A stretch of 64,000 nt of DNA, from NCBI GenBank assembly GCA_964016885.1, contig OZ024756.1:7688001-7752000 (forward strand). Direction: 5' to 3'. The notes under the pieces are model-generated. The model was given only the letters and a program-made list of their open reading frames with translations. It was not told where the DNA came from and made no database searches. Both the position numbers and the translations under genes were made by a program. This document shows, piece after piece, positions 1 to 14,197 of the stretch. How positions within the stretch are numbered: position 1 is the stretch's first letter; each line of letters starts with the position of its first letter. Source of the stretch: Eledone cirrhosa (lineage: Eukaryota).

Positions 1-638
1 TGCAACATCAACAGCACATGTTCCACCTAGGTGGCGCTAGGGAATAATCGATACCAACGTTACAAAAAAATTACAAATAAAAACTAAAGAAAAACAAAGA
101 TGGCGGAAATTATAGAAGTGGGGAAGTAATTTTAGGATTGCCGGAAGAGTTATTATCACTTTACTTGGTATTAATTTATTTTTGGGCGATAAATAGCATT
201 TTCCTTTTTGTTTTGGCTTTTTATTTTATTTTTTTAATATATTTTACATCTTTTTGGTTAATTAAAATTTCATTATTTGTCAAGTTTACTTTTCTGTTTG
301 GATAAAAAGAAAGAAAAAAAAACTAATAATAAGAAAAAATAAGGAATGAAATAATCGTAAGTGATATGAAAATAAAGCGAGAATGATAGCGAATGTATTT
401 ACTGAGTAAAAGTATGTGATAATTAATTATTTTAAAATCACAAGCTCGTACTTCACAGTTACCCACAATTCCTCTCGTTTCTCTGGTAACATCTGAACCA
501 ACAGAACCAAAACAATTTAGATGGTTGTCTTTTATATATATTTATATTTTATATATATTTCTATTCTATGTATATTCATATATTATATATGTTTATCTTC
601 TATGTATTTTATTTTATTTTATATATATATACATATAT

Positions 639-822
639 GGGCGGTGGATTGGCAGTATCGGTAGAGGGTCGGACGCCATGCTTTGACGCATAGAGTTACG
701 GCTCTTGCCATTCTGAGTTCAAATTCTACCGAGGTTAACTTTGCCTTTCATCCTTACAGGGTCGATAAAATAAAGTACCAGTAATGTACTGGTGAATTGC
801 TGGCCTAAAATAGAAACAATTA
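639..822 (+). mobile_element. tRNA-derived SINE (major family in this window, ~185 bp)
   Basis: A-box-like TGGCAGTATCGG, B-box GAGTTCAAAT, body TTAACTTTGCCTTTCATCCTTAC..GTCGATAAAATAAAGTACCAGT, tail GTAGAAACAATTA; more than 15 dispersed copies in the window. Confidence 0.85.
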
Positions 823-1017
823 TATATATATATATAATTATTTCCTATATATATTTTTTTATTTTGTTATATATATTTTTTGTTTTATATATTTATTATA
901 TATATATTTTATATATATATTTTTGATTAGATATATATTTTGTTTTATTTGTTTTATTTTATTTTATTTTTTCTATTTTACATATATTTTATATATATTT
1001 TGTATACATTTTATATC

Positions 1018-1195
1018 TGGCAGTATCGGTAGAGGGTCGGACGCCATGCTTTCCAGCATAGTTACGTCCCTTTACGATCTGAGTTCAAATCCCGCCAAGG
1101 TTGACTTTGCCTTTCATCCTTACGGAGTCGATAAAATAATGTACCCGTAATGCACTGGGTAATTGCTGGCCTTGTGCCTAAAGTATAAACAATTA
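1018..1195 (+). mobile_element. tRNA-derived SINE copy
   Basis: Aligns with the 639-822 copy. Confidence 0.85.
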
Positions 1196-1967
1196 TATAT
1201 ATTATATATATTATATATACATTTTATATATATTATATATATATGTTTATATATATTTTGTATACATTATATATATTTTATATACATTTTTTAACATTAT
1301 ATAATTTGTATATACATTTTATATATATTATATATATTTTATATATTATATATAAATTATATATATATTATTTTATTTAATAGTTCACTCAAGTCATTAT
1401 ATTTATTGTTATGGTTTTGTATATTTTGAATCTTATTCAACAATTTTCCTCCGAATCATTACAGAAGTTGCGTGTTTCTATTAGCTCTGCTCATATTTAC
1501 AATCATAAACAGACTCGTGTATGTATGTGTGAGTATGAGTGTATGTATCTGTATATATGTATGTGTGTATGAATGTATGTGTGTGTGTATATATGAATGT
1601 ATGTATGTGTGTGTGCATGTATATGTGTAAGTATGCATGTATGTATTTGTGTTTATATGTGTATATGTATGCATGTATGTATGTATGTATGCATTTATGT
1701 ATGTATGTATTTGTGTATACACACATGCACACAAACATACATATACATACATGCACATGCATATATACATAATGCATACATACATACATAAATACTTACA
1801 TGTATATATACATGCATACATATACGCATGTATATGTATGCATGTATGTATACATGTAAGTATTTATGTATGTAAATATGTATATATGTATGTGCATGTA
1901 TGTATATGTATATTTGTGTGCATGTGCGTATGCTCGAATAAACATATTTCATTATCTATGTATGTAT

Positions 1968-2156
1968 GGGCGGTGGATTGGCAGTATCGGTAGATGGTCG
2001 GACGCCATGCTTTCCAGCATAGTTACGTCCCTTTACAATCTGAGTTCAAATCCCGCCGAGGTTGACTTTTCCTTTCATCCTTACGGGGTCGCTAAAATAA
2101 AGTACCAGTAATGAACTGGGTAATTGCTGGCCTTGTGCCTAAAGTAGAAACAATTA
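1968..2156 (+). mobile_element. tRNA-derived SINE copy
   Basis: Aligns with the 639-822 copy. Confidence 0.85.
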
Positions 2157-3005
2157 TGTATGTATGTATGTTTATGTATATATACGTGTGTATGTATGTA
2201 TGTGAATGTATGTATATATCTATACACAAATCACCATATTGCTTCTAAATGGTCATTAGTCGTTTTATAATATCAGCCATACCGACATCAAATTGCGCAC
2301 CATCGCCTGTGTGTGTGCGTGGGGGGGGGGGGGGGGTGATATATTGTATGCTGTAGTCGCTTGCATTAAAAAATGGTGGAAACTCCTGTCATGATATGTT
2401 TAGTCAGCAGAATTGACATGGGGCTCTATAAAAGCAACAAAATCAACATACTGCATTTTCCGGCGCTGAAGTCGCTTCGTTCTCGAGCACGCACCCTAAT
2501 TTTGACAAACAAAAGTTTGAAAAACAAATTATAAACAACCTTCGGCCTCCAGGACGCATGGTAGATTTTTGAGAATATTTTAGGAAAAATAGTATTGTCT
2601 TTGGCGCCGGGAAATACGTTAAATGTTTTGAAGAAAATGGCGATGTTTATGGCACAGACATCGATTATAAAGAAGCTAGTCTAATTGGCGAGGTGACTCA
2701 TGCTGTATCTTCATAGCTTGTTAGTGGTGTATTTGAGAAAGACGGATTTGGTGGAAATATTTCAGAGAATCTGTTATAGGTGTCACATAACAGGAATAAG
2801 TGGAACCTACATAACGAAAGGGTGTTTAATGTAGAGCTTTTGTAGTGCAATGGCCGACACTGAGAGATAGAATGACAGAAGAAACAAAACATAGTTTCAT
2901 TATTTTAGTGCTACTGAAAATATATGTGTGTGTGCGTTTGTGTGTTTGTGTGCGCTGTGTGTGTTGTATGGAATGTGGGTTACACACACTGTATGTACAC
3001 AGACA

Positions 3006-3051
<46 letters not shown>

Positions 3052-3277
3052 CATCAGATCAGAGCAAACATCAGGGACGCTCTATCTCAAAATTATTTTT
3101 GAAAAGCATTAGAAATGCGCAACCGGTGGAACTTAAAACCCAAACTGAATACTAACCAATACTATTACTAACTCTCACTTATTCCTAAATAAACTATTTT
3201 TCACTGTGAACAATTTGTCAGCATTTTCTTTTCCGTTTACCAATATATCATAATTGTGTGTTACACCTCTATTCTTT

Positions 3278-3339
<62 letters not shown>

Positions 3340-3345
3340 CATATA

Positions 3346-3413
<68 letters not shown>

Positions 3414-3414
<1 letters not shown>

Positions 3415-3605
3415 CAAAGAATTGTGGTAAGGAACCAGATGGACCATAATGCACCAGAGTACTCAATACTTAGGGTAGTAAAGTGGGAAATAGGAAAAAG
3501 TAAGACCCCGTTGGCAGAGTTCAAGCCGTTTCGATGTCTATTTCTGGACTGAAATAGCCGTCAAAACGGCTTGAGCTCTGCCATTGGGGTCATACTTTTT
3601 CCTAT
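3414..3605. mobile_element. Fold-back PLE/retrozyme 3'-end insertion with partial hammerhead (same family as 45753-46106)
   Basis: Inverted repeat ATAGGAAAAAGTAAGACCCC..AAGCCGTTTCGA / CAAAACGGCTTGAG..GGGGTCATACTTTTTCCTAT, flanked by (TA)n; copies at 9335 and 14691. Confidence 0.65.
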
Positions 3606-3635
3606 ATATATATATGTCATATATCAAATCATATA

Positions 3636-3696
3636 TTTTATCTGACGAGGACGTACTGAAAAAACATCATAGTACCTTCGAAATATATATAATAAG
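3636..3696 (+). ncRNA. Minimal type I hammerhead ribozyme motif
   Basis: TTTAT-CTGACGA-GGACGTACT..AGTACCTTC-GAAA-TATATA-TA-ATAAG; copies at 9561-9621 and 14917-14977; relative at 28339. Confidence 0.75.
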
Positions 3697-3772
3697 CCAT
3701 ATATTTTGATTATGTGAATATCTTCATTTGTTAATATTTTGAATAATATATATATATAAATATATATATAGT

Positions 3773-3985
<213 letters not shown>

Positions 3986-4140
3986 TAACTTTGCCTTTCA
4001 AACGTAGGACAGTGAACAATGAGAAGACAAGTCAACCAACGAAAAGAAGACAAACGGATAAACAATTTTTTGAAGGGGAAACCTTAAAAAATATTTTTTG
4101 AAAATAAAAATACAAACAAAAGACTATATGTGTGTTGGTA

Positions 4141-4769
4141 TTTCTCTATATCTTCTTTGGAAAATATATTTACTCCATTCCAGAAACTAATTAGTTGGAA
4201 GTGATATTTTAGTAAGTAAGTTAATTTTATAATTTTCTTATTTTACGTCTCTCATATTATTGTTCTGCAACCCCATGCATTGAACCACAATGTTACTAAG
4301 ACAAAACCTATATATTTGCTAGCATTGATATGCATCTGTATGTATATATATGTTACTAGATATTAATTCTTTATAATTATCTCCAAATTATTTGTCGAGC
4401 AATATTGGCCATGACTGCTGCTATGGTAGTAGGCAGGCCGCTGCCTTATTAGCAAACCACTTTCCACTGATTGACCTCGATGTCACGTGATTGATTCTTT
4501 TTGAATTTGCCACAGACGCAGAGGCAGTGATTTTCTCAATGGCTAGGAATTCAGTCCACGCTTTGCTATTTCCTATCCACTGAATTATTTTTTAATAAGT
4601 TTCCAGAGTCCTCGCTTTGCCTGGAAACTTAGCTGAGAATAGACTTCCCTGACGACGGAATGTTTCTCCATATCTTCTTCGGAAAATATATTTACTCCAT
4701 TCCAGAAACTAATTAGTTGGAAGTGATATTTTGGTAAGTAAGTTAATTTTATAATTTTCTTATTTTACG

Positions 4770-4779
<10 letters not shown>
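4141..4779 (+). mobile_element. Retrozyme-like element, ~1.2 copies of a ~522-nt monomer
   Basis: Direct repeat 4141-4256 / 4663-4779 overlapping the hammerhead; 3' end abuts (TA)n; diverged relative at ~27160-27486. Confidence 0.65.
4643..4724 (+). ncRNA. Type I hammerhead ribozyme motif (palindromic helix III ACTAATTAGT)
   Basis: ACTTCC-CTGACGA-CGGAATG..CATTCCA-GAAA-CTAATTAG-TT-GGAAGT; duplicated copies (~10522, ~15880) read CCGACGA. Confidence 0.75.
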
Positions 4780-4807
<28 letters not shown>

Positions 4808-4811
<4 letters not shown>

Positions 4812-6486
4812 AAGGTTTAGCAAATAATGAAAAAGTTTTAAAATAAATTTTAAAAAATTGACTTTACCTACTATAGTTACCTTTACCGATCGGTTTCGAA
4901 TCTCAAAAATAAAACGGAGACCATACGGCCTTCGTTGCAAAGAAAGATTCTCGTCAGAAGGTTCTTTTCATTCAAAGAATATAAAATTCCTGAATTTAAA
5001 TCACAAACTAGCGCTATCAAAACTGTTCCTGGGATGAGAGTGGATGATGTAGAAACAGGTTTATCAAGGGCCGTAGCAAAGATAGAGGCAGAAGGAGGTA
5101 GGTCAAACTAGCCACAGCTATTGCTAGCAGCAGTCAGAACGACCAAATTTGTTCTCAACATTAGTGGAGGTAGTAGTAATAGGATATACGTTCCTTCACG
5201 CACAAGGCGCCAAGGTACGCATGTATTGTCCAACCAAATGCCAGTGTGGTTCAATGGCGGGTTAATAAATTAACGAGCCAGAACAAATATAAACAAGGTT
5301 TAGCAAATAATGAAAAAGTTTAAAAATAAATTTTAAAAAATTGACTTTACCTACTATAGTTACCTTTACCGATCGGTTTCGAATCCCAAAAATAAAACGG
5401 AGACCATACGGCCTTCGTTGCAAAGAAAGATTCTCGTCAGAAGGTTCTTTTCATTCAAAGAATATAAAATTCCTGAATTTAAATCACAAACTAGCGCTAT
5501 CAAAACTGTTCCTGGGATGAGAGTGGATGATGTAGAAACAGGTTTATCAAGGGCCGTAGCAAAGATAGAGGCAGAAGGAGGTAGGTCAAACTAGCCACAG
5601 CTATTGCTAGCAGCAGTCAGAATGACCAAATTTGTTCTCAACATTAGTGGAGGTAGTAGCAATAGGATATACGTTCCTTCACGCACAAGGCGCCAAGGTA
5701 CGCATGTATTGTCCAACCAAATGCCAGTGTGGTTCAATGGCGGGTTAATAAATTAACGAGCCAGAACAAATATAAACAAGGTTTAGCAAATAATGAAAAA
5801 GTTTTAAAATAAATTTTAAAAAATTGACTTTACCTACTATAGTTACCTTTACCGATCGGTTTCGAATCCCAAAAATAAAACGGAGACCATACGGCCTTCG
5901 TTGCAAAGAAAGATTCTCGTCAGAAGGTTCTTTTCATTCAAAGAATATAAAATTCCTGAATTTAAATCACAAACTAGCACTATCAAAACTGTTCCTGGGA
6001 TGAGAGTGGATGATGTAGAAACAGGTTTATCAAGGGCCGTAGCAAAGATAGAGGCAGAAGGAGGTAGGTCAAACTAGCCACAGCTATTGCTAGCAGCAGT
6101 CAGAACGACCAAATTTGTTCTCAACATTAGTGGAGGTAGTAGTAATAGGATATACGTTCCTTCACGCACAAGGCGCCAAGGTACGCATGTATTGTCCAAC
6201 CAAATGCCAGTGTGGTTCAATGGCGGGTTAATAAATTAACGAGCCAGAACAAATATAAACAAGGTTTAGCAAATAATGAAAAAGTTTAAAAATAAATTTT
6301 AAAAAATTGACTTTACCTACTATAGTTACCTTTACCGATCGGTTTCGAATCCCAAAAATAAAACGGAGACCATACGGCCTTCGTTGCAAAGAGAGATTCT
6401 CGTCAGAAGGTTCTTTTCATTCAAAGAATATAAAATTCCAGAATTTAAATCACAAACTAGCGCTATCAAAACTGTTCCTGGGATGA
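4808..6486 (-). mobile_element. Tandem array of a 483-bp hammerhead-containing monomer (~3.5 copies; non-LTR retrozyme-like)
   Basis: CAAGGTTTAGCAAATAATG at 4811, 5294, 5777 and 6260 (period 483); one minus-strand hammerhead per unit; flanked by (TA)n. Confidence 0.85.
4879..4962 (-). ncRNA. Type I hammerhead ribozyme motif (helix III palindrome ACCGATCGGT, GUA site)
   Basis: Minus strand ACCTT-CTGACGA-GAATCTT..GAGATTC-GAAA-CCGATCGG-TA-AAGGT; repeated at 5362, 5845, 6328, 10808, 11291, 11774, 16192, 16675 and 17158. Confidence 0.85.
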
Positions 6487-6519
6487 TCCTATTACTAATA
6501 TATATATATATATATATAT

Positions 6520-6970
<451 letters not shown>

Positions 6971-7050
6971 TATATATAAACATATATATATATATATAAA
7001 TATATATATAAACATATATATATATAAATATATATATATAAATATATATG

Positions 7051-7091
<41 letters not shown>

Positions 7092-7141
7092 ATATATATA
7101 TATACATATAAATATATATATAAATATATATATATATGTAT

Positions 7142-7244
<103 letters not shown>

Positions 7245-7318
7245 AATAAAATATAGAGTTAATAACTCATATAGATACCCTGAAATTAACAAGCTCAAAG
7301 TATAAATACTGAGCATTA

Positions 7319-7509
7319 GGCCGGTGGATTGGCAGTATTGGTAGAGGATCGGACGCCATGCTTTGACGTATAGAGTTACAGCCCTTGCCATTCTGAGTTC
7401 AAATCCCGCCAAGGTTAACTTTGCCTTTCATCCTTACGGGGTCGATAAAATAAAGTACCAGTAATGCACTGGGTAATTGCTGGCCTTGGGCCTAACGTAG
7501 AAACAATTA
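7319..7509 (+). mobile_element. tRNA-derived SINE copy (also 12697-12887 and 18145-18335)
   Basis: Aligns with the 639-822 copy; interrupts an inverted-repeat arm. Confidence 0.85.
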
Positions 7510-7983
7510 TAATATTAATATGTAAATCCGTGTCTAAAATTACGAGGGTAGATTACACCACAACTGTTATATATCATTCAACCTGAATCATATGGGATTT
7601 AACAAGATTTCTTACAAGATTTCTCATACATACCATATCAATAACCATTTCATCTCCTGGACAGACTAAAGATTTACTCTGTTTCTCCCTGAATGAATCG
7701 TGTTTGTAACAAGTAATCCGTAGGCATTTCGTTTACATTCGTGTTTACTTCTACACATATAATATTATAATGCTCAGTATTTATACTTTGAGCTTTTTAA
7801 TTGCAGGGTATCTATATGAGTTATTAACTCTATGTTTTATTTGTATTTCGGCTCCTTATCTGTTGAGCTCATAAAAATGAGTGTAAATAGGCTATTATTT
7901 CTAGCACCGCATATGACTTTCAACACACGAGGTGTAAGCTTTAGTGAGTTTATTGTTATGGGTGTTATGTAACATTTAATCTT

Positions 7984-8075
7984 ATCTCCTGCTGACGAAA
8001 TGCCTACGGATTACTTGTTACACGCACGATTCATTCAGGGCAAAACAGAGTAAATCTTTAGTCTGTCCAGGAGAT
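7984..8075 (+). ncRNA. Type I hammerhead ribozyme motif (GAAA mutated to AAAA in this copy)
   Basis: ATCTCCTG-CTGACGA-..-(G)AAAC-AGA..TCTG-TC-CAGGAGAT; 8-bp helix I; the inverted arm keeps GAAAC. Confidence 0.7.
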
Positions 8076-8218
8076 GAAATGGTTATTGATATGGTATGTA
8101 TGAGAAATCTTGTAAGAAATCTTGTAAAATCCCATATGATTCAGGTTGAATGATATATAACATTTGTGGTGTAATCTACCCTCGTAATTTTAGACACGGG
8201 TCTACTGTGTTTACTTCT

Positions 8219-8257
<39 letters not shown>

Positions 8258-8266
8258 ATATAGAAA

Positions 8267-8311
8267 GGCTTCTACACAACTGTTTCATTCGGTAGAAATC
8301 ATCAGAAAGCC
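8267..8311 (-). ncRNA. Compact type I hammerhead ribozyme motif in a fold-back insertion (8254-8439)
   Basis: Minus strand GGCTTT-CTGATGA-TTTC-TACC-GAAT-GAAA-CAGTTGTG-TA-GAAGCC. Confidence 0.7.
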
Positions 8312-8677
8312 TGATGGTTTCTCCCGAATATAACAATTCTAGGCCTGTAGAAGCCTTTCTATATTAAATATTTATACTCTGTTATGTATTGAGTACCTTA
8401 CTTACTGTGGTTACTCCCGATTGAACCCGGGATAAACTTATATATATATATATATATATGTGGTAACAAGTTATCGTTATAGGTAATCTAGTTAGAGGTT
8501 GTGAGTACTCTGCGTCGTGGATAGTTTTAACGTACGGCTTTGTTTGACTCAACAAGATGCTTTCATATTTAGGCAGCGAGTTCGTGGTAATTCCTCTGCA
8601 GGTTAGACTTGGAGTAATAGTAGTGAAAGAATGAAGAATAACATGATTGGCTGTACAACAAGGGGCTTTATTTCAGG

Positions 8678-8781
8678 TATTAACAATTGTTTCGTTGATC
8701 AGGTGAGTCTAGAGGCCGCTAATCGCTCGAAGTTGCATCACTCGATCTCCATTACATTATTTACTTCTGATCAGATCCTCA

Positions 8782-8786
<5 letters not shown>
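8678..8786 (-). ncRNA. Type I hammerhead ribozyme motif with long helix II
   Basis: Minus strand TATT-CTGAGGA-TCTGATCAG..CTGATCAAC-GAAA-CAATTG-TT-AATA. Confidence 0.7.
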
Positions 8787-8811
<25 letters not shown>

Positions 8812-8819
<8 letters not shown>

Positions 8820-9284
8820 AGATCAAAAGATGGTTAAAGGAGTTCAATATATTTTATTATGCGCATTTCAAAAACAAACATCATCAAACAATAATATTTG
8901 TGTTTTCATCAGATAAAACAGGAGAACATGATATGAAGGCTAAAAAAACACTTGTTGATAGTGCAGTTTTAAATCAACATATCATCTTTTGATCAGAATA
9001 TATATATATATAATATAAGATCAAAAGATGGTTAAAGGAGTTCAATATATTTTATTATGCGCATTTCAAAAACAAACATCATCAAACAATAATATTTGTG
9101 TTTTCATCAGATAAAACAGGAGAACATGATATGAAGGCTAAAAAAACACTTGTTGATAGTGCAGTTTTAAATCAACATATTATCTTTTGATCTTATATTA
9201 TGCATACTCCAGTCCCACAAACTGTAGAGTGCTTCTTATCCGATATCTGCATTGCTTTATTGTACTACAATAAAACTCACCTCC

Positions 9285-9288
<4 letters not shown>
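8812..9288 (-). mobile_element. Two tandem 3'-terminal (pLTR) segments of the PLE at 40776-44200, plus an inverted tail
   Basis: Reverse complement of 44030-44200 twice; 9210-9288 is the reverse complement of 40776-40854; copy at 14190-14666. Confidence 0.85.
8852..8918 (-). ncRNA. PLE pLTR hammerhead ribozyme (intact; second copy 9050-9116)
   Basis: Minus strand TTTTAT-CTGATGA-AAACACAAATATTA..TGATGTTTGTTTTT-GAAA-TGCGCA-TA-ATAAAA. Confidence 0.8.
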
Positions 9289-9335
<47 letters not shown>

Positions 9336-9696
9336 CAAAGAATTGTGGTAAGGAACCAGATGGACCATAATGCACCAGAGAACTCAATACTTAGGGTAGT
9401 AAAGTGGGAAATAGGAAAAAGTAAGACCCCGTTGGCAGAGTTCAAGCCGTTTCGATGTCTATGTCTGGACTGAAATAGCCGTCAAAACGGCTTGAGCTCT
9501 GCCATTGGGGTCATACTTTTTCCTATATATATATATATATGTCATATATCAAATCATATATTTTATCTGACGAGGACGCACTGAAAAAACATCATAGTAC
9601 CTTCGAAATATATATAATAAGCCATATATTTTGATTATGTGAATATCTTCATTTGTTAATATTTTGAATAATATATATATATAAATATATATATAG

Positions 9697-9762
<66 letters not shown>

Positions 9763-10648
9763 GTTTCTACTTTTGGCACAAGGTCAGCAATTAACCAGTG
9801 CATTACTGGTACTCTATTTTACCGACCCCGTAAGGATGAAAGGTAAAGTTAACCTCGGTGGGATTAACTTTGCCTTTCAAACGTAGGACAGTGAACAATG
9901 AGAAGACAAGTCAACCAACGAAAAGAAGACAAACGGATAAACAATTTTTTGAAGGGGAAACCTTAAAAAATATTTTTTGAAAATAAAAATACAAACAAAA
10001 GACTATATGTGTGTTGGTATTTCTCTATATCTTCTTTGGAAAATATATTTACTCCATTCCAGAAACTAATTAGTTGGAAGTGATATTTTAGTAAGTAAGT
10101 TAATTTTATAATTTTCTTATTTTACGTCTCTCATATTATTGTTCTGCAACCCCATGCATTGAACCACAATGTTACTAAGACAAAACCTATATATTTGCTA
10201 GCATTGATATGCATCTGTGTGTATATATATGTTACTAGATATTAATTCTTTATAATTATCTCCAAATTATTTGTCGAGCAATATTGGCCATGACTGCTGC
10301 TATGGTAGTAGGCAGGCCGCTGCCTTATTAGCAAACCACTTTCCACTGATTGACCTCGATGTCACGTGATTGATTCTTTTTGAATTTGCCACAGACGCAG
10401 AGGCAGTGATTTTCTCAATGGCTAGGAATTCAGTCCACGCTTTGCTATTTCCTATCCACTGAATTATTTTTTAATAAGTTTCCAGAGTCCTCGCTTTGCC
10501 TGGAAACTTAGCTGAGAATAGACTTCCCCGACGACGGAATGTTTCTCTATATCTTCTTCGGAAAATATATTTACTCCATTCCAGAAACTAATTAGTTGGA
10601 AGTGATATTTTAGTAAGTAAGTTAATTTTATAATTTTCTTATTTTACG

Positions 10649-10736
<88 letters not shown>

Positions 10737-10740
<4 letters not shown>

Positions 10741-11932
10741 AAGGTTTAGCAAATAATGAAAAAGTTTAAAAATAAATTTTTAAAAATTGACTTTACCTAC
10801 TATAGTTACCTTTACCGATCGGTTTCGAATCTCAAAAATAAAACGGAGACCATACGGCCTTCGTTGCAAAGAAAGATTCTCGTCAGAAGGTTCTTTTCAT
10901 TCAAAGAATATAAAATTCCTGAATTTAAATCACAAACTAGCGCTATCAAAACTGTTCCTGGGATGAGAGTGGATGATGTAGAAACAGGTTTATCAAGGGC
11001 CGTAGCAAAGATAGAGGCAGAAGGAGGTAGGTCAAACTAGCCACAGCTATTGCTAGCAGCAGTCAGAATGACCAAATTTGTTCTCAACATTAGTGGAGGT
11101 AGTAGCAATAGGATATACGTTCCTTCACGCACAAGGCGCCAAGGTACGCATGTATTGTCCAACCAAATGCCAGTGTGGTTCAATGGCGGGTTAATAAATT
11201 AACGAGCCAGAACAAATATAAACAAGGTTTAGCAAATAATGAAAAAGTTTTAAAATAAATTTTAAAAAATTGACTTTACCTACTATAGTTACCTTTACCG
11301 ATCGGTTTCGAATCCCAAAAATAAAACGGAGACCATACGGCCTTCGTTGCAAAGAAAGATTCTCGTCAGAAGGTTCTTTTCATTCAAAGAATATAAAATT
11401 CCTGAATTTAAATCACAAACTAGCACTATCAAAACTGTTCCTGGGATGAGAGTGGATGATGTAGAAACAGGTTTATCAAGGGCCGTAGCAAAGATAGAGG
11501 CAGAAGGAGGTAGGTCAAACTAGCCACAGCTATTGCTAGCAGCAGTCAGAACGACCAAATTTGTTCTCAACATTAGTGGAGGTAGTAGTAATAGGATATA
11601 CGTTCCTTCACGCACAAGGCGCCAAGATACGCATGTATTGTCCAACCAAATGCCAGTGTGGTTCAATGGCGGGTTAATAAATTAACGAGCCAGAACAAAT
11701 ATAAACAAGGTTTAGCAAATAATGAAAAAGTTTAAAAATAAATTTTAAAAAGTTGACTTTACCTACTATAGTTACCTTTACCGATCGGTTTCGAATCCCA
11801 AAAATAAAACGGAGACCATACGGCCTTCGTTGCAAAGAAAGATTCTCGTCAGAAGGTTCTTTTCATTCAAAGAATATAAAATTCCAGAATTTAAATCACA
11901 AACTAGCGCTATCAAAACTGTTCCTGGGATGA
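10737..11932 (-). mobile_element. 483-bp hammerhead monomer array (~2.5 copies), second unit
   Basis: Unit starts at 10740, 11223 and 11706. Confidence 0.85.
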
Positions 11933-12051
11933 TCCTATTACTAATATATATATATATATATATATGGGACGAAAACTGATTCTGGGTTGATTTCTACAAC
12001 TGGATGCCCTTCCTAACACCAACCTCATTTACAGTGAGTGCTGGGTGCTTT

Positions 12052-12096
<45 letters not shown>

Positions 12097-12241
12097 ATAT
12101 ATATATATATTTATATATATATGTATATATATATAAATATATATATATTTAGCTGTAGAAATCAAGCTAGAATCAGTTCTCGTCCCACCCTTGCAAGCAG
12201 GGAAAAGTCGACGTAAAATGAAATGATGATGAGGATGATGA

Positions 12242-12376
<135 letters not shown>

Positions 12377-12456
12377 TATATATAAACATATATATATATA
12401 TATAAATATATATATAAACATATATATATATAAATATATATATATAAATATATATG

Positions 12457-12496
<40 letters not shown>

Positions 12497-12547
12497 AATA
12501 TATATATATACATATAAATATATATATAAATATATATATATATGTAT

Positions 12548-12622
<75 letters not shown>

Positions 12623-13596
12623 AATAAAATATAGAGTTAATAACTCATATAGATACCCTGAAATTAACAAGCTCAAAGTATAAATACTGAGCATTAGGCC
12701 GGTGGATTGGCAGTATTGGTAGAGGATCGGACGCCATGCTTTGACGTATAGAGTTACAGCCCTTGCCATTCTGAGTTCAAATCCCGCCAAGGTTAACTTT
12801 GCCTTTCATCCTTACGGGGTCGATAAAATAAAGTACCAGTAATGCACTGGGTAATTGCTGGCCTTGGGCCTAACGTAGAAACAATTATAATATTAATATG
12901 TAAATCCGTGTCTAAAATTACGAGGGTAGATTACACCACAACTGTTATATATCATTCAACCTGAATCATATGGGATTTAACAAGATTTCTTACAAGATTT
13001 CTCATACATACCATATCAATAACCATTTCATCTCCTGGACAGACTAAAGATTTACTCTGTTTCTCCCTGAATGAATCGTGTTTGTAACAAGTAATCCGTA
13101 GGCATTTCGTTTACATTCGTGTTTACTTCTACACATATAATATTATAATGCTCAGTATTTATACTTTGAGCTTTTTAATTGCAGGGTATCTATATGAGTT
13201 ATTAACTCTATGTTTTATTTGTATTTCGGCTCCTTATCTGTTGAGCTCATAAAAATGAGTGTAAATAGGCTATTATTTCTAGCACCGCATATGACTTTCA
13301 ACACACGAGGTGTAAGCTTTAGTGAGTTTATTGTTATGGGTGTTATGTAACATTTAATCTTATCTCCTGCTGACGAAATGCCTACGGATTACTTGTTACA
13401 CGCACGATTCATTCAGGGCAAAACAGAGTAAATCTTTAGTCTGTCCAGGAGATGAAATGGTTATTGATATGGTATGTATGAGAAATCTTGTAAGAAATCT
13501 TGTAAAATCCCATATGATTCAGGTTGAATGATATATAACATTTGTGGTGTAATCTACCCTCGTAATTTTAGACACGGGTCTACTGTGTTTACTTCT

Positions 13597-13635
<39 letters not shown>

Positions 13636-14159
13636 ATATAGAAAGGCTTCTACACAACTGTTTCATTCGGTAGAAATCATCAGAAAGCCTGATGGTTTCT
13701 CCCGAATATAACAATTCTAGGCCTGTAGAAGCCTTTCTATATTAAATATTTATACTCTGTTATGTATTGAGTACCTTACTTACTGTGGTTACTCCCGATT
13801 GAACCCGGGATAAACTTATATATATATATATATATATGTGGTAACAAGTTATCGTTATAGGTAATCTAGTTAGAGGTTGTGAGTACTCTGCGTCGTGGAT
13901 AGTTTTAACGTACGGCTTTGTTTGACTCAACAAGATGCTTTCATATTTAGGCAGCGAGTTCGTGGTAATTCCTCTGCAGGTTAGACTTGGAGTAATAGTA
14001 GTGAAAGAATGAAGAATAACATGATTGGCTGTACAACAAGGGGCTTTATTTCAGGTATTAACAATTGTTTCGTTGATCAGGTGAGTCTAGAGGCCGCTAA
14101 TCGCTCGAAGTTGCATCACTCGATCTCCATTACATTATTTACTTCTGATCAGATCCTCA

Positions 14160-14197
<38 letters not shown>

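Noticed and set aside
4808-6486. CRISPR-like array
   Set aside because: Whole units are identical with no unique spacers, no cas genes, and the context is eukaryotic
10756-11040. 94-aa ORF MKKFKNKFLK.. (also at 16140)
   Set aside because: Antisense to the hammerhead strand and interrupted by a stop in most array units; no recognisable domain
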